DNA from: Phycisphaeraceae bacterium
Lineage (GTDB): Bacteria > Planctomycetota > Phycisphaerae > Phycisphaerales > Phycisphaeraceae
Assembly: GCA_963674705.1 (NCBI GenBank)
Contig: OY771506.1
Location: 3,136,001-3,200,000 of the forward strand
Reading direction: 5' to 3'
DNA: 64,000 nucleotides
The notes below the pieces were generated by a model. It was not told where the DNA came from. It was given only the letters and a program-made list of their open reading frames with translations, and ran no database searches. Below, piece after piece: positions 29,174 through 38,874 of the stretch (its first letter is position 1; each line of letters starts with the position of its first letter). The translations under genes and the position numbers were made by a program.

Positions 29174-31188
29174 TTGCCGACCTCCGCTTCTTCTTCTGCC
29201 GGGTTAGCCGGGTGTGTTTGTGCCTGGACCATCTCGCGATACTTACCACTACGAGACATCAATTCTTCATGTCGGCCGTGCTCGATGATCTGGCCGTGAT
29301 CCATGACGAGGATCTGATCGGCGTGTGTAATGGTACTGAGTCTGTGTGCGATGACGAAACTCGTGCGGTCTTTCATGAGGTTTCGCAGGCTGGATTGGAT
29401 AAGCCGTTCGCTTTCGGTGTCGAGGTTGCTGGTGGCTTCATCGAGGATGAGGATACGCGGTTTAGCAAGCAGGGCACGTGCGATGGCGAGTCGTTGTCGC
29501 TGCCCGCCGGAGAGTTTGACGCCGCGTTCGCCGATCCACGTCTCGTAAGTATTAGGCAGCGTGTCGATGAAAGCGTCGGCGTTCGAGAGTCGTGCTGCCT
29601 CGGTGATTTCCTCTTGTGTCGCGCCTCGCCGGCCGTATGAAATGTTGTCAGCAACCGTGCCGTCGAAGAGGAAGATGTCCTGTTCGACGATAGCGAGTAA
29701 AGCGCGATAGCTTTCGACGTGGACGTCGCGCAGGTCGTGGCCGTCGACGCTGACGCTGCCGTCAACCGGATCGTAGAAGCGAGCGATCAGGTTGCAGAGT
29801 GTTGTCTTGCCCGCACCGCTTGGTCCGACGAGCGCGACGATCTGCCCGGGTTCAGCGGTGAAGCTGACATCGGTCAGTGCGGGCACCGGCGCCTTGGGGT
29901 AGGTGAAGCAGACGTTGTTCATCTCGACGCGGCCGTGTACGGATTCAGGCCGGAGCACGACCATGTCGGGTTTGGCCGGGCTTTCAAGGGGCTCTTCCAT
30001 CAAATCGAGCACACGATCGAGCCCGGCCAGCGACGTCTGGAAACCTGCGGCGCTGGACGCGAGCATGGCAAGCGGTTGCAACAGGCTCGCGAGGTACCAG
30101 ATGAACATGAACAGGTCGCCGACGGTCAACGCTTTGTTAGCTGCGAGTGTGCCTGCGGCGACGGCGGCGCGGTCGTTGATGATTCGGACGCCGGCGTAAT
30201 ACAGCACCGCCGCGAGCGCGATGGGGATAAGCATCCGCCAGACGATGTCGATCGCACGGTTCCACCACCAGCCGAGCAGTTCCTGCCGCGTCATGAAGTG
30301 TGTATCGGTGGCGAAGTTGGTTACCTCGGTGCGTTCTCTACCGAAGGTGCGCACGACGCGCACGCCGCCGAACGCTTCGGTGACCCTCGCATCGATATGC
30401 GAACGTGTAGCTCGGATGTCGCGCCACAGCGGACGGATCCGACCGATCCATGTGCGGTGTGTCAGAAAAACAACCGGCAACAACACGACCGCACCGAGCA
30501 GTAGTTTCCACTCGGTAACAGCGAGGATGACGAGGATGCCGATGAGTTGGATGATCGCACCGGCGGGGTTATAGATCATGGAGAAGACAAGATCACCCAC
30601 ACCGCCGGCATCTTCACGGATGATGCTCGATGCGCCGCCTGACTTGAGTGAGAACACACGGTGCAACGGCAGCCTGACAGCGTGATCGAACACGCGCCGG
30701 CGCACATCGACACGCACGCGGTGTGTGATGCGCGTCGCTTGCCAGCGCCCCCAGACACGGATGAGGATTGAGCCGACATTTAATAAGACGACCGCGAGGA
30801 AGAGGAACAGCAATAGTGTTTTGGGATGCTCCTGCGAGGGGAACCATCTTGCAACTTTGCCGATGACGCCATCGCCGAAAGGCTGGCCGTCGATGACGTT
30901 ATCGATCGCGATCTTGGAGGCGACAGGCGGAATGAGATCGAGAAGTGTGGAGATGCTGAGCGTGATGACCGCGAGGAACAGTGCGAAGCGGTGACCGCGC
31001 AGCAGGGCGAAGAACATTTTGAAAAGTGTGAGGAAGCCGCGTGTGCGTTTACCGGTCAGTTGTCGGCCGCGCGGCACGCCATCGTGGCCGTGGGCTTTTT
31101 TCTCCGCGGCTTCGCCGTGTTTACGCCTGCGAGCGAAGTCTTCGCGGTAGGCGTGGTATTTTCGGTTGCTCGAACGTGGGGGACTCAT
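29170..31188 (-). CDS. ABC exporter, fused permease/ATPase (MsbA/MdlB-like)
   Basis: TM domain, then GPSGAGKTT, LSGGQRQR, ILILDEATS, IAHRLST. Confidence 0.95.
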   Translation of the reverse strand: MSPPRSSNRKYHAYREDFARRRKHGEAAEKKAHGHDGVPRGRQLTGKRTRGFLTLFKMFFALLRGHRFALFLAVITLSISTLLDLIPPVASKIAIDNVIDGQPFGDGVIGKVARWFPSQEHPKTLLLFLFLAVVLLNVGSILIRVWGRWQATRITHRVRVDVRRRVFDHAVRLPLHRVFSLKSGGASSIIREDAGGVGDLVFSMIYNPAGAIIQLIGILVILAVTEWKLLLGAVVLLPVVFLTHRTWIGRIRPLWRDIRATRSHIDARVTEAFGGVRVVRTFGRERTEVTNFATDTHFMTRQELLGWWWNRAIDIVWRMLIPIALAAVLYYAGVRIINDRAAVAAGTLAANKALTVGDLFMFIWYLASLLQPLAMLASSAAGFQTSLAGLDRVLDLMEEPLESPAKPDMVVLRPESVHGRVEMNNVCFTYPKAPVPALTDVSFTAEPGQIVALVGPSGAGKTTLCNLIARFYDPVDGSVSVDGHDLRDVHVESYRALLAIVEQDIFLFDGTVADNISYGRRGATQEEITEAARLSNADAFIDTLPNTYETWIGERGVKLSGGQRQRLAIARALLAKPRILILDEATSNLDTESERLIQSSLRNLMKDRTSFVIAHRLSTITHADQILVMDHGQIIEHGRHEELMSRSGKYREMVQAQTHPANPAEEEAEVGK

Positions 31189-31213
31189 ACAGCTAGATGA
31201 TAGCGGGGATATG

Positions 31214-31241
31214 AGGGTTTAGGGTGTAGGGTTTAGGGTGA
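31214..31241. repeat. Heptamer tandem repeat (AGGGTKT)n
   Basis: agggttt agggtgt agggttt agggtga. Confidence 0.7.
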
Positions 31242-31245
31242 AGAG

Positions 31246-31269
31246 CGTGGATCGCTAAAGCGACCACGC
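31246..31269. repeat. Dispersed 24-bp palindrome, copy 2
   Basis: CGTGGATCGCTAAAGCGACCACGC, matches 22386-22409. Confidence 0.8.
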
Positions 31270-31304
31270 TGAAGAATATGAGAAGCGTGTGGAATTGGAT
31301 AGGG

Positions 31305-33632
31305 TCAGCCTGCTGCGCTGTCGGCGTTGGCGGGTTGGGGCTGCTGTTTGGGTTCGCCTTTGGAGCCGCCGCCGGGGTAGGCGATGCGGCCGTGGTAGAC
31401 GGCGCAGAGTGTCTTGACGATGGATTTTTCGATGCGGTGCAGCTCGCTGAGCGTGAGGTTGCACTCATCGAACTGGCCGTCCATCAAGCGCTTTCGGGCC
31501 ATGTTGTTGACGACCTGCTCAAGGCGGACGGGCGTCGGTTCGGGCAATGCACGTGCAGCACCTTCGATACCGTCACACAATAGCATGATGGCCGCTTCCT
31601 TGGTCTGCGGTTTAGGACCGGGGTAGCGGAACTCGAACTCGCTGGGTTCGGGCTTATCCTGCTCGGACGTCTGCTTCTTGGCTGCGTGATAGAAGTACTC
31701 GACGAGCGTCGTGCCGTGGTGCGACTCGATGAAGTGCCGCAGCGTCGGGGGCAGGCCGTACTCGCGCGCCATCTCGATGCCGTCCTTGACGTGACCGACG
31801 ATGATCAGCAGTGACATGGCGGGGGTGAGTTTGTCGTGCCGGTTGGGGCCGCCGCCCTGGTTTTCGATGAAGTACATCGGTTTGTTGATCTTCCCGATGT
31901 CGTGATACATCGCGCCGACGCGGCAGAACAGGCCGTCGGCGCCGATGGTGTCGGCGGCGGCTTCGGCCATGTCCGCAATACGCAGTGAATGCTGATAGGT
32001 GCCGGGCGCTTCCTGGGCTAAACGTTGCAGCAACGGGTGCGACGCGTCGTTGAGTTCCTTGAGCGTCATGGCGGTGGTGACGCGGAATGCTTTTTCGATC
32101 GCGGGCAGCGCCCACTGGACGAAGCCGACGGCGAGCACGCCGGTTGCCACCATATAGCCAGAGCCCCAGAAGATGCGCCACATTTCGTTAGGCACATTCA
32201 GGGGCCTGCTGATGACCGAGACAAGGAACGAGGTGACAGCCATGGCGAGTCCCGCCCACAAGCCGACGGTGACCAGTTTGGATCGGCTGCGAACCTCGTG
32301 AAGCAGGCCGACGGCGACACCGACACCGGTCATCATGACCAGGATGTATTCAACACCGAGGTCAAGGCTGAGTAGGATGAGCAGGCCGACGAATCCACCC
32401 ATCGCAAGCGCGAATCGCTGGTCGTAGACAATGACCAGAACAGTAGCTGCCATCAGCACCGGGAGTGTGGAAATCGCGAGCATGAGTTGCGGGTAGCCCC
32501 GGCCGAAGAAGACCGCCAGGAACTGGCAAAGCAGCAACAGTGTCGTCAACGCGAGGCCGCGCATCGGATTGCGTACGATCCGTTCGTTGCAGAAGAAGAT
32601 ATACGACCAGATGGCGATACCGACGAGCAGCAAGATGCCGATCCGTCCTATATAGAAAAGAGCGAGTTTGTTGTTACCAAGACTGGCGCGATAAGCAGAG
32701 TGTTCTGCATGGATCAGTGCGATATCGTCGCGTGTCAGTTCGGTGCCGGTCGGTAAGAGGACGGTATTGGGCTGGTATGTAATGATCTGCTGTTCAACAG
32801 CCGCTTCGGCCTCATCGCCACGGAGGCTGGTGATTTGAGCGTCATAATGATACGTCGCCTGCGGGTGCTGCATGACTAATGCGACGATCGACTTGCGCAG
32901 GTTTTCCCCTTTGAAGAAGCGTGTGGCAAACTCGACTTCTCTTTCCAGCCGTTCGGTATCGTTCAGAGGCATGATGCGCCGAGCGAACAGGCGCTGCTCT
33001 TTGGTTTTACCGGCAACGGGCGATGGGTGGACGATCGTGATCTGTGTGGCCCCGCCGATAAGGTCATCCGTGGGATGATCATCGGCAGGATCGAGTATGG
33101 CCAGGTCGAACAATTCTTGAAGGAAACGGTGCGTGTCGGCTTTCCACTGTGGGGTGGGCTCGCCATTGGCGACGTAGCGTTTGAGTTCGTTGAGGACCTG
33201 CTGATTGAGATTGATCTGCTCGCGGTAATCCTCCGGGGTGTTATCGATGGAATCCGACTCGGCGAGCGTGAGCAGGTCGTTGAGCCTGTTTTGCAGTGAT
33301 TCAAAATAGACCTGGTCGGGCAAGTAGGTCGGGGGCAGGTTTTGCCGGGCTTCTTTGCGCATTTCCAGGGTGCGCTGGAAGTCTTCGCGCTTGAACTCGA
33401 CCCGCGAGATGATGGGCCTGGTCAGGACCTGCCCGGGGTAGTAGTGGATATGCCCACCAAGCCAGAGGGAGATCGGGCCGGCAATCGCAGTGAGCATGGC
33501 GATAAACGCGCAGGCCCAGAGGACCTCGCGGCGGCGCAGCGTCTGTAACCACCACGGACCCGGCCGAGGGACGTTCTTACGGACCTCACGCCGTCGCGCT
33601 GTGGTTGAGGATTTGCTTTTGCCGTTTGCCAT
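31305..33632 (-). CDS. 7TM-HD (HDIG) phosphohydrolase, PgpH-like
   Basis: Extracellular domain, 7 TM segments, APGTYQHS, YHDIGK, FIENQ, HHGTT, FRYPGPKPQTKEAAI. Lies next to phoH. Confidence 0.9.
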   Translation of the reverse strand: MANGKSKSSTTARRREVRKNVPRPGPWWLQTLRRREVLWACAFIAMLTAIAGPISLWLGGHIHYYPGQVLTRPIISRVEFKREDFQRTLEMRKEARQNLPPTYLPDQVYFESLQNRLNDLLTLAESDSIDNTPEDYREQINLNQQVLNELKRYVANGEPTPQWKADTHRFLQELFDLAILDPADDHPTDDLIGGATQITIVHPSPVAGKTKEQRLFARRIMPLNDTERLEREVEFATRFFKGENLRKSIVALVMQHPQATYHYDAQITSLRGDEAEAAVEQQIITYQPNTVLLPTGTELTRDDIALIHAEHSAYRASLGNNKLALFYIGRIGILLLVGIAIWSYIFFCNERIVRNPMRGLALTTLLLLCQFLAVFFGRGYPQLMLAISTLPVLMAATVLVIVYDQRFALAMGGFVGLLILLSLDLGVEYILVMMTGVGVAVGLLHEVRSRSKLVTVGLWAGLAMAVTSFLVSVISRPLNVPNEMWRIFWGSGYMVATGVLAVGFVQWALPAIEKAFRVTTAMTLKELNDASHPLLQRLAQEAPGTYQHSLRIADMAEAAADTIGADGLFCRVGAMYHDIGKINKPMYFIENQGGGPNRHDKLTPAMSLLIIVGHVKDGIEMAREYGLPPTLRHFIESHHGTTLVEYFYHAAKKQTSEQDKPEPSEFEFRYPGPKPQTKEAAIMLLCDGIEGAARALPEPTPVRLEQVVNNMARKRLMDGQFDECNLTLSELHRIEKSIVKTLCAVYHGRIAYPGGGSKGEPKQQPQPANADSAAG

Positions 33633-33746
33633 GCACACTCGCTTGGGGTGTTGGTAGATAACCGGGGTACGTCCGCAGTCCCCTGCACGGTCATCGACCA
33701 GTCATACGGGCCACTTCGCTCGGGGAGCGGGCTCGTGTGCAAGACG

Positions 33747-34820
33747 TTATGGGGCCTTCCCATCCGCCTCGGTGTCCAAGATTTTATCAGACGAGTCAGC
33801 CTCTGTGGCAAATCTTTTTTCAGAGGGTCCCAAAAGGCGGTTTTTACCCTCGCCATAGGCCTCGACAATCCGCTGTACGAGGCTGTGACGCACGATATCA
33901 GCCCCATCCAGTGTCACCATGCCCACACCGCGGACATGGCGTAATCGGCGTACGGCGTCGATCAGACCCGATTCCCTGGGGTCCTCCAGATCGATCTGAG
34001 AGGCGTCGCCGGTGACGATCATTTTGCCGCCCATGCCCAGGCGGGTGAGGAACATGAGCATCTGGCCCTTTGTCGTGTTCTGCGCCTCGTCGAGGATGAT
34101 CAACGCATCGTTGAGCGTTCGGCCGCGCATGAACGCCAGCGGGACGATCTCGATCAGGTCGCAGGCCATGAAGCGTTGGATCTGATCGAACTCCATCATG
34201 TCGTGCAGCGCATCGAGCAGGGGGCGCAGGTAGGGGTTGACTTTCTCTTGAAGATCGCCGGGCAGGAAGCCGAGTTTTTCACCGGCCTCGACAGCGGGGC
34301 GGACAAGCACGAGCTTGCGCATCTGACCGCGTTTGAGCATCGCGACCGCGGCGGCGACGGCGAGGTAAGTCTTACCCGTGCCGGCCGGGCCGGAGCAGAA
34401 GGTGAGGTCGTTTTTAAAGATGGCGTGCAGGTAAGCGCGTTGGCCACCGGTCAGCGCTTTGACACGTTTGCCGGGCAGGTAGACATCCATGCCAAGCGCC
34501 ATATCTTCAACAGCGGGTGTGATCCCGCCGGAGCCAGGCGCGATAGCGGAAGTCGTTTGCGGCAGGCTGGTGACGGTGGCGATGACGTCGATGACCTGCT
34601 TACGGCTCAACGGTTCGTCACGACGTGCGGCGTCCATGAGTCGTTCAATGACGCGCGTTGCGGTGCTGACCATGTTGTCATCGCCACTGATGCGCAGGTG
34701 CCCGTTGCGCGCGATCATACGCACGCCGAGGGCCTCCCGGATAATCTTAAGATTCCGCTCCGCCGGCCCGGTGACAGAGATAGCCTGTTCGTCTTGTGGT
34801 AGTTCGAGGGTGATGTCCAT
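33747..34820 (-). CDS. phoH: PhoH family ATPase
   Basis: GPAGTGKTYLA, RPAVEAGEKLGFLPGD, PLAFMRGRTL, DEAQN, TGD.SQIDL. Confidence 0.95.
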   Translation of the reverse strand: MDITLELPQDEQAISVTGPAERNLKIIREALGVRMIARNGHLRISGDDNMVSTATRVIERLMDAARRDEPLSRKQVIDVIATVTSLPQTTSAIAPGSGGITPAVEDMALGMDVYLPGKRVKALTGGQRAYLHAIFKNDLTFCSGPAGTGKTYLAVAAAVAMLKRGQMRKLVLVRPAVEAGEKLGFLPGDLQEKVNPYLRPLLDALHDMMEFDQIQRFMACDLIEIVPLAFMRGRTLNDALIILDEAQNTTKGQMLMFLTRLGMGGKMIVTGDASQIDLEDPRESGLIDAVRRLRHVRGVGMVTLDGADIVRHSLVQRIVEAYGEGKNRLLGPSEKRFATEADSSDKILDTEADGKAP

Positions 34821-34879
34821 TGGGTTCTATGATACCCGGCCAAACCGCAAGCGTTGTTGGGGACGCAAGCGTGTTGGGA

Positions 34880-36184
34880 TTACAGCCCACCCCAGATGCG
34901 TCTTAGTTCCTGGGGGGTGGTGGCGAGGTAGGTGCGGCCGTCGGTCATGCGGCGTTCAATGAGGCGGCCGGTGGGGCTGAAGGTGGCGACCTGTTCGGTG
35001 CGGTCGGGGGTGGGGCGGTCGAAGACGCGGTAGGAGCCGCCGGGCAAGGGTTCGATGCGCAGGGTTCGCAGGGACAGCTTGTGCGAGGTCTGGTGGAAGC
35101 TGTAGAACGCCAGTTCGGTGGGTTTGTCGTGGGGCAGCAGGGCGGGGAGGATGTACATGTTGACCTGCGACATATACGGGTAAGGCGGGATTTTCCAGGG
35201 TAGCTTCTTGATGCTGGTGGGTGTTTCCTGCTGGACTTCCATGCCGTCGGCGTTGCGCAGGCCGGTTTGTCGCCAGTTCTGCGTGACTGTTTCGGGCGTT
35301 GTATTGGTGCCGTGGATGACGCGTTGCGGGATGCGCATGGTGGTGGTGATGGTCCAGAACTCAACGACACGGTCGTCGGATTCGAAGAACGAGGCTTCGG
35401 TGTCGTAGGTATTGGGACCATCCACGATGTGAGATCGCACAGCAACGCTCGTACCGGGCGGGACGTGTTCGGCTTCATCGTGCTGGCGGATGCGCATGTA
35501 GCCGACGTCCTTGCCGTTTTGCGTGATGCGCAACCACTGCTCGGCGATCAGGGCGCCTTTGATCTTGTCTTTGTTGATCGAGTCCAGCCAGGTTTTGGCG
35601 TTGTTGATACGTTCGGTCCTCTCGCGGTCAAGTTCAGCGGGGTCGGCGAACGTGACAGAATTCAGCATGGTCTGAAAAGTCTTGAAAGATGAATCGAACA
35701 CGTCGGCGTTGCATTCGAGTTGATAGACGGCGATGGTTTTCGGATCGATCTGCACGTAAACCTGGCCGAAGACCCAGTTGCCTTGTTTCTCATCGGGTAC
35801 GAGCAGGAACAGGCCGAGGCTCTTTCGTTCGGCAACGGTGATCGGCTGCTGGTCCTGGACCATGGTTACCGCGGAGGGGTAAGCGAAACTGAATTCGTTA
35901 GTGGCTTTGGTTTTGACGGCGTCCAGTATCAGTTCGTTTTGAGATTGGCGAATAAAAACACTGATGGTGGCACGCTCTTGGGTGATGAATTTGATGCTGG
36001 CTCCATCATCAACCTGCTCGATCCATGCCGCGTCGGGTGGGGCGGTGAGTGACATGCCGTAGGCGTGTTCCTGCCAGCGTGAGCGACCTTGTTCCCCGCT
36101 ATCGATCTGCGCAAGTGCGGGCTGTGTGATGAAGATGCAGGCGATGAGCCAACAGACAGTCCAGCAACATAATAACCTTGGCAT
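34880..36184 (-). CDS. Secreted hypothetical protein
   Basis: Signal peptide ending PALA-Q, GGAG RBS, long ORF. Confidence 0.75.
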   Translation of the reverse strand: MPRLLCCWTVCWLIACIFITQPALAQIDSGEQGRSRWQEHAYGMSLTAPPDAAWIEQVDDGASIKFITQERATISVFIRQSQNELILDAVKTKATNEFSFAYPSAVTMVQDQQPITVAERKSLGLFLLVPDEKQGNWVFGQVYVQIDPKTIAVYQLECNADVFDSSFKTFQTMLNSVTFADPAELDRERTERINNAKTWLDSINKDKIKGALIAEQWLRITQNGKDVGYMRIRQHDEAEHVPPGTSVAVRSHIVDGPNTYDTEASFFESDDRVVEFWTITTTMRIPQRVIHGTNTTPETVTQNWRQTGLRNADGMEVQQETPTSIKKLPWKIPPYPYMSQVNMYILPALLPHDKPTELAFYSFHQTSHKLSLRTLRIEPLPGGSYRVFDRPTPDRTEQVATFSPTGRLIERRMTDGRTYLATTPQELRRIWGGL

Positions 36185-36207
36185 GAATGACTCCCGCCGG
36201 GTGAACA

Positions 36208-36849
36208 CTATTTTTTGACAATTTTGGCAGACATATACATATACTGCAGGTGATTAATATTCACGCTCAGCAGGTCGTCCTGGTTTTCGCCGGGCTCCAC
36301 GGTATCGGTGAGGTAGACCCACCAGAACAGCTTTCCGTCGAGGGTAAGACAAGCGAGCATGTGCAGGCGTTTTTCGCTTTCTGTTCCGTTACTGGTGCCG
36401 ATGAACTGGATACCTTTCAAGCCGGTGTCGGCAACGGTGATGCTCATCGGGTCGCTGATCAGCTTGAAGCTTTGCAGTTCAGCTTCATCAATATGTTTTG
36501 CCAGGAACTGCTTGGCGGCCTGGATCGGGTCGTTCTGCTCGCCGGCTTTGAGTGTGGCGAGTGTGATTTGCCTGTTGGGTTTCGATGGATCGGCGGTGAC
36601 CAGGAGGCCGTCCTCGCTGTGGATGGTTTGCCAGTCGCTGGGTGTCTGGATGGTGATCGCCGGGCTGTGTTCAGTGCGGTCCACCTCGGGCATGGCCTGC
36701 CTTCGGTTCATCGGGGTGTTCAGATAGGCGGGTCGGTCACCGGCCTGTAGTTTTGCCAAGCCGGTCACGCCCAGCAAGAGAGTGCCGGCGATCACCGCGA
36801 CAGCAGCAAACTGAACACGTTCCGATTTAAACAGGGGTTGCGGAGGCAT
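36208..36849 (-). CDS. Hypothetical membrane-anchored or secreted protein
   Basis: N-terminal hydrophobic segment. Co-oriented with and adjacent to the downstream gene. Confidence 0.7.
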   Translation of the reverse strand: MPPQPLFKSERVQFAAVAVIAGTLLLGVTGLAKLQAGDRPAYLNTPMNRRQAMPEVDRTEHSPAITIQTPSDWQTIHSEDGLLVTADPSKPNRQITLATLKAGEQNDPIQAAKQFLAKHIDEAELQSFKLISDPMSITVADTGLKGIQFIGTSNGTESEKRLHMLACLTLDGKLFWWVYLTDTVEPGENQDDLLSVNINHLQYMYMSAKIVKK

Positions 36850-36909
36850 ATATCGATAGTAGACCGGCCAGGTCGCCTTCGCAATTGTGAGCTTGAGATT
36901 CGCTGATCG

Positions 36910-37584
36910 TCAGGCCGCGTGTTTGAGCGTGGTAGGCTTGACGTGCAGGACCGTGGGGGTGGGGGCTTCCACGGGGATTTGAGCGCCCGCGAAGAGCAAT
37001 GACCATGCCTTGGACACGGTCTCATCCGGCAGGATGAAGACCTTGCCGCCGGCGCCGGTCAACGCTTTTGCCTGCTGGGGTGTGGCGACCAGCGCCCGAT
37101 CACATGCGGCGATGATCTGCGCTCTCCTGGTGGCAGTCAGTTCGACCTGTTTTCGTGGCCAGAGGCGCTGATACAAGCTGGTAATGGTTGCTTGTGAATC
37201 GGTCTTGTCAAAGGTGAAGTCGCAGATCGCCGTGCTGATCCTGCCGGGGAAGACGGCCGGCCATGCTTGCGGATTGGTTGCGAGCAAGGCGTCGAAGTTC
37301 TGGGTGTTGGTCCAGGTGATAACGTCGCCGGAAAACGGCGAGGTATCTTTCCATGGCCGCTTCGGTGCGGCGATCTGTACCCGGTCAACCCGCTTGGCGA
37401 CGCGGCGCCAGAGGCTGAGGTTGACGGGTTTGTCAGCAACGGCCGACAGGTAGACCCGGTGAGTTACCGATGCACAGCAAAGCAGACGCCAGGCCCGGGT
37501 AGCGCGCTGGTCGCCATCCGGGTCGGGGAATCGATCGCTAAGCATCAGCAGCGTCGGTTTTTGTTGTGTGGTTTCAAGACGCAT
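36910..37584 (-). CDS. Glycosyltransferase (GT-B) N-terminal-domain-like protein
   Basis: LLMLSDRFPDPDG...RAWRLL....HRVYL resembles GT4 N-termini. Only 224 aa, ends KHAA. Confidence 0.55.
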   Translation of the reverse strand: MRLETTQQKPTLLMLSDRFPDPDGDQRATRAWRLLCCASVTHRVYLSAVADKPVNLSLWRRVAKRVDRVQIAAPKRPWKDTSPFSGDVITWTNTQNFDALLATNPQAWPAVFPGRISTAICDFTFDKTDSQATITSLYQRLWPRKQVELTATRRAQIIAACDRALVATPQQAKALTGAGGKVFILPDETVSKAWSLLFAGAQIPVEAPTPTVLHVKPTTLKHAA

Positions 37585-37589
37585 TGTTT

Positions 37590-37700
37590 TGATTCCACCG
37601 GGTCATCCTGCCGGTCTTCTCTCCCGTCCGCCCCGTCTGGCGTTTACATCCTGCAAGTCATCCGTGCTGTCCATCCTTGTTGCTTTCTCCCACTCCGCCC
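37590..37700 (-). promoter_or_regulatory. GGA-rich leader, putative CsrA/RsmA binding array
   Basis: Ten GGA triplets in about 105 nt on the minus strand, including AAGGATG, ACGGATG and CAGGATG twice. Confidence 0.55.
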
Positions 37701-37786
37701 CGTCGTCGCAACTATGACGTTACCCGACATAGTGCAGATCTTCATGGGTCAATCCTTACTCAAGAGCGTGTGTTACTAATCAATCC

Positions 37787-38866
37787 TTATGCGGCACGTT
37801 TAGCGTAGTATCGGTACCGGTATCGGTAGCCGTATCGGTAGTAGTGGTAGCGGTTGCGACCGCGTTCCTGGTCGGTGGCGATGACGCCTGCGACAGGCGC
37901 GTTGTAACTGCGTAACGCACGCAGGGCCTGTTCGATGAGCGGCTTGGGTGTTCTGCTGATGCGTGCGATGAGCATGACCTCGTCGCTGAGCCCGCCGATG
38001 ATGCCGGCGTCTGCCAGCTCGATGACCGGCGGCGTATCGATGATGATGTGGTCATACTTCGTACGCAGCTTTTCGAGCAGCTTTGTCATGCGGTTGTTGC
38101 TGAGCAACTGCACGGCGTCGTTGCTGGCGCGGCTGCCTGCCTTGATGATGTGCAGGGCCGTGCCTTCAAGCTTGGTGATCACCTCGTTGAGGGAGACCTG
38201 GCCTCGCAAGTACTCGATCATCCCCTTGGATTCATGCAGGTGCAGTAACTTGTTGAATGTGGGCAGTCGTAGGTCAGCTTCGATCACGATGGTTTTACGG
38301 TTGCGCAGCTCTGCCAGGCTCAGTCCCAGGTTCAGGCTGGTGATGGTTTTGCCTTCTTGCGGTGTGGCGCTGGTGATGGTGTGTACCAGGTGGCGTCGGT
38401 GTTCCCAGCGTGCGAGCAGGGTGGTGCGGATGCCGCGGTATTCCTCGGCCAACTGTGAAGACGGTTCGGTCAGTGAGACGAGTCGATCGTCGATGCTCTG
38501 CAGCCATTCCGACGACAGACGCAGTCGGGGTCGTATGGAAACACCGGCAGTGACATCGCCCTGTTGCTCTGTGGTGTAGCTATCGGAAGTCGAGATCGTG
38601 GATTCCTGTTCGGCGCGTGCAGCGCTAAAGTTATAGACCGGTGCGTCTTCTTCCTCGGGTTCAGGTTGCCATGATGTATCCGACGCCTCGACATGCGGCG
38701 TCTGCTCGACGGGTTCGGTGGGTGGGGTGGCGTCTTCGGCGCGTGGTCCCACCTGCGGCACCTCGACCGGTTCGTTGGGGGTCTGCGATTTGTTCGATAC
38801 CACGTCCTTTTCGGGGCGCGGATCGTCATCGCTTCGGTTCATGGCGTCAAATACATATCCCATCAC
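37787..38866 (-). CDS. CpsD/CapB bacterial tyrosine kinase
   Basis: EEYRGIRT, TSATPQEGKT, IEADLR.P, IIIDTPP, C-terminal Tyr cluster RYHYYRYGYRYRYRYY. Confidence 0.93.
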   Translation of the reverse strand: MMGYVFDAMNRSDDDPRPEKDVVSNKSQTPNEPVEVPQVGPRAEDATPPTEPVEQTPHVEASDTSWQPEPEEEDAPVYNFSAARAEQESTISTSDSYTTEQQGDVTAGVSIRPRLRLSSEWLQSIDDRLVSLTEPSSQLAEEYRGIRTTLLARWEHRRHLVHTITSATPQEGKTITSLNLGLSLAELRNRKTIVIEADLRLPTFNKLLHLHESKGMIEYLRGQVSLNEVITKLEGTALHIIKAGSRASNDAVQLLSNNRMTKLLEKLRTKYDHIIIDTPPVIELADAGIIGGLSDEVMLIARISRTPKPLIEQALRALRSYNAPVAGVIATDQERGRNRYHYYRYGYRYRYRYYAKRAA

Positions 38867-38874
38867 TATTTCCC

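Noticed and set aside
33636..33740. REP-like fragments between phoH and the HD gene
   Set aside because: Too degenerate, with no clear inverted partner in this window.
31305..34820. phoH plus 7TM-HD pair as a novel signalling system
   Set aside because: This is a widely conserved, known gene neighbourhood.
37805..37852. Hexamer-like repeat (TACCGA/TACCGG) as a DNA repeat element
   Set aside because: It encodes the RY-rich tyrosine cluster of the BY-kinase.
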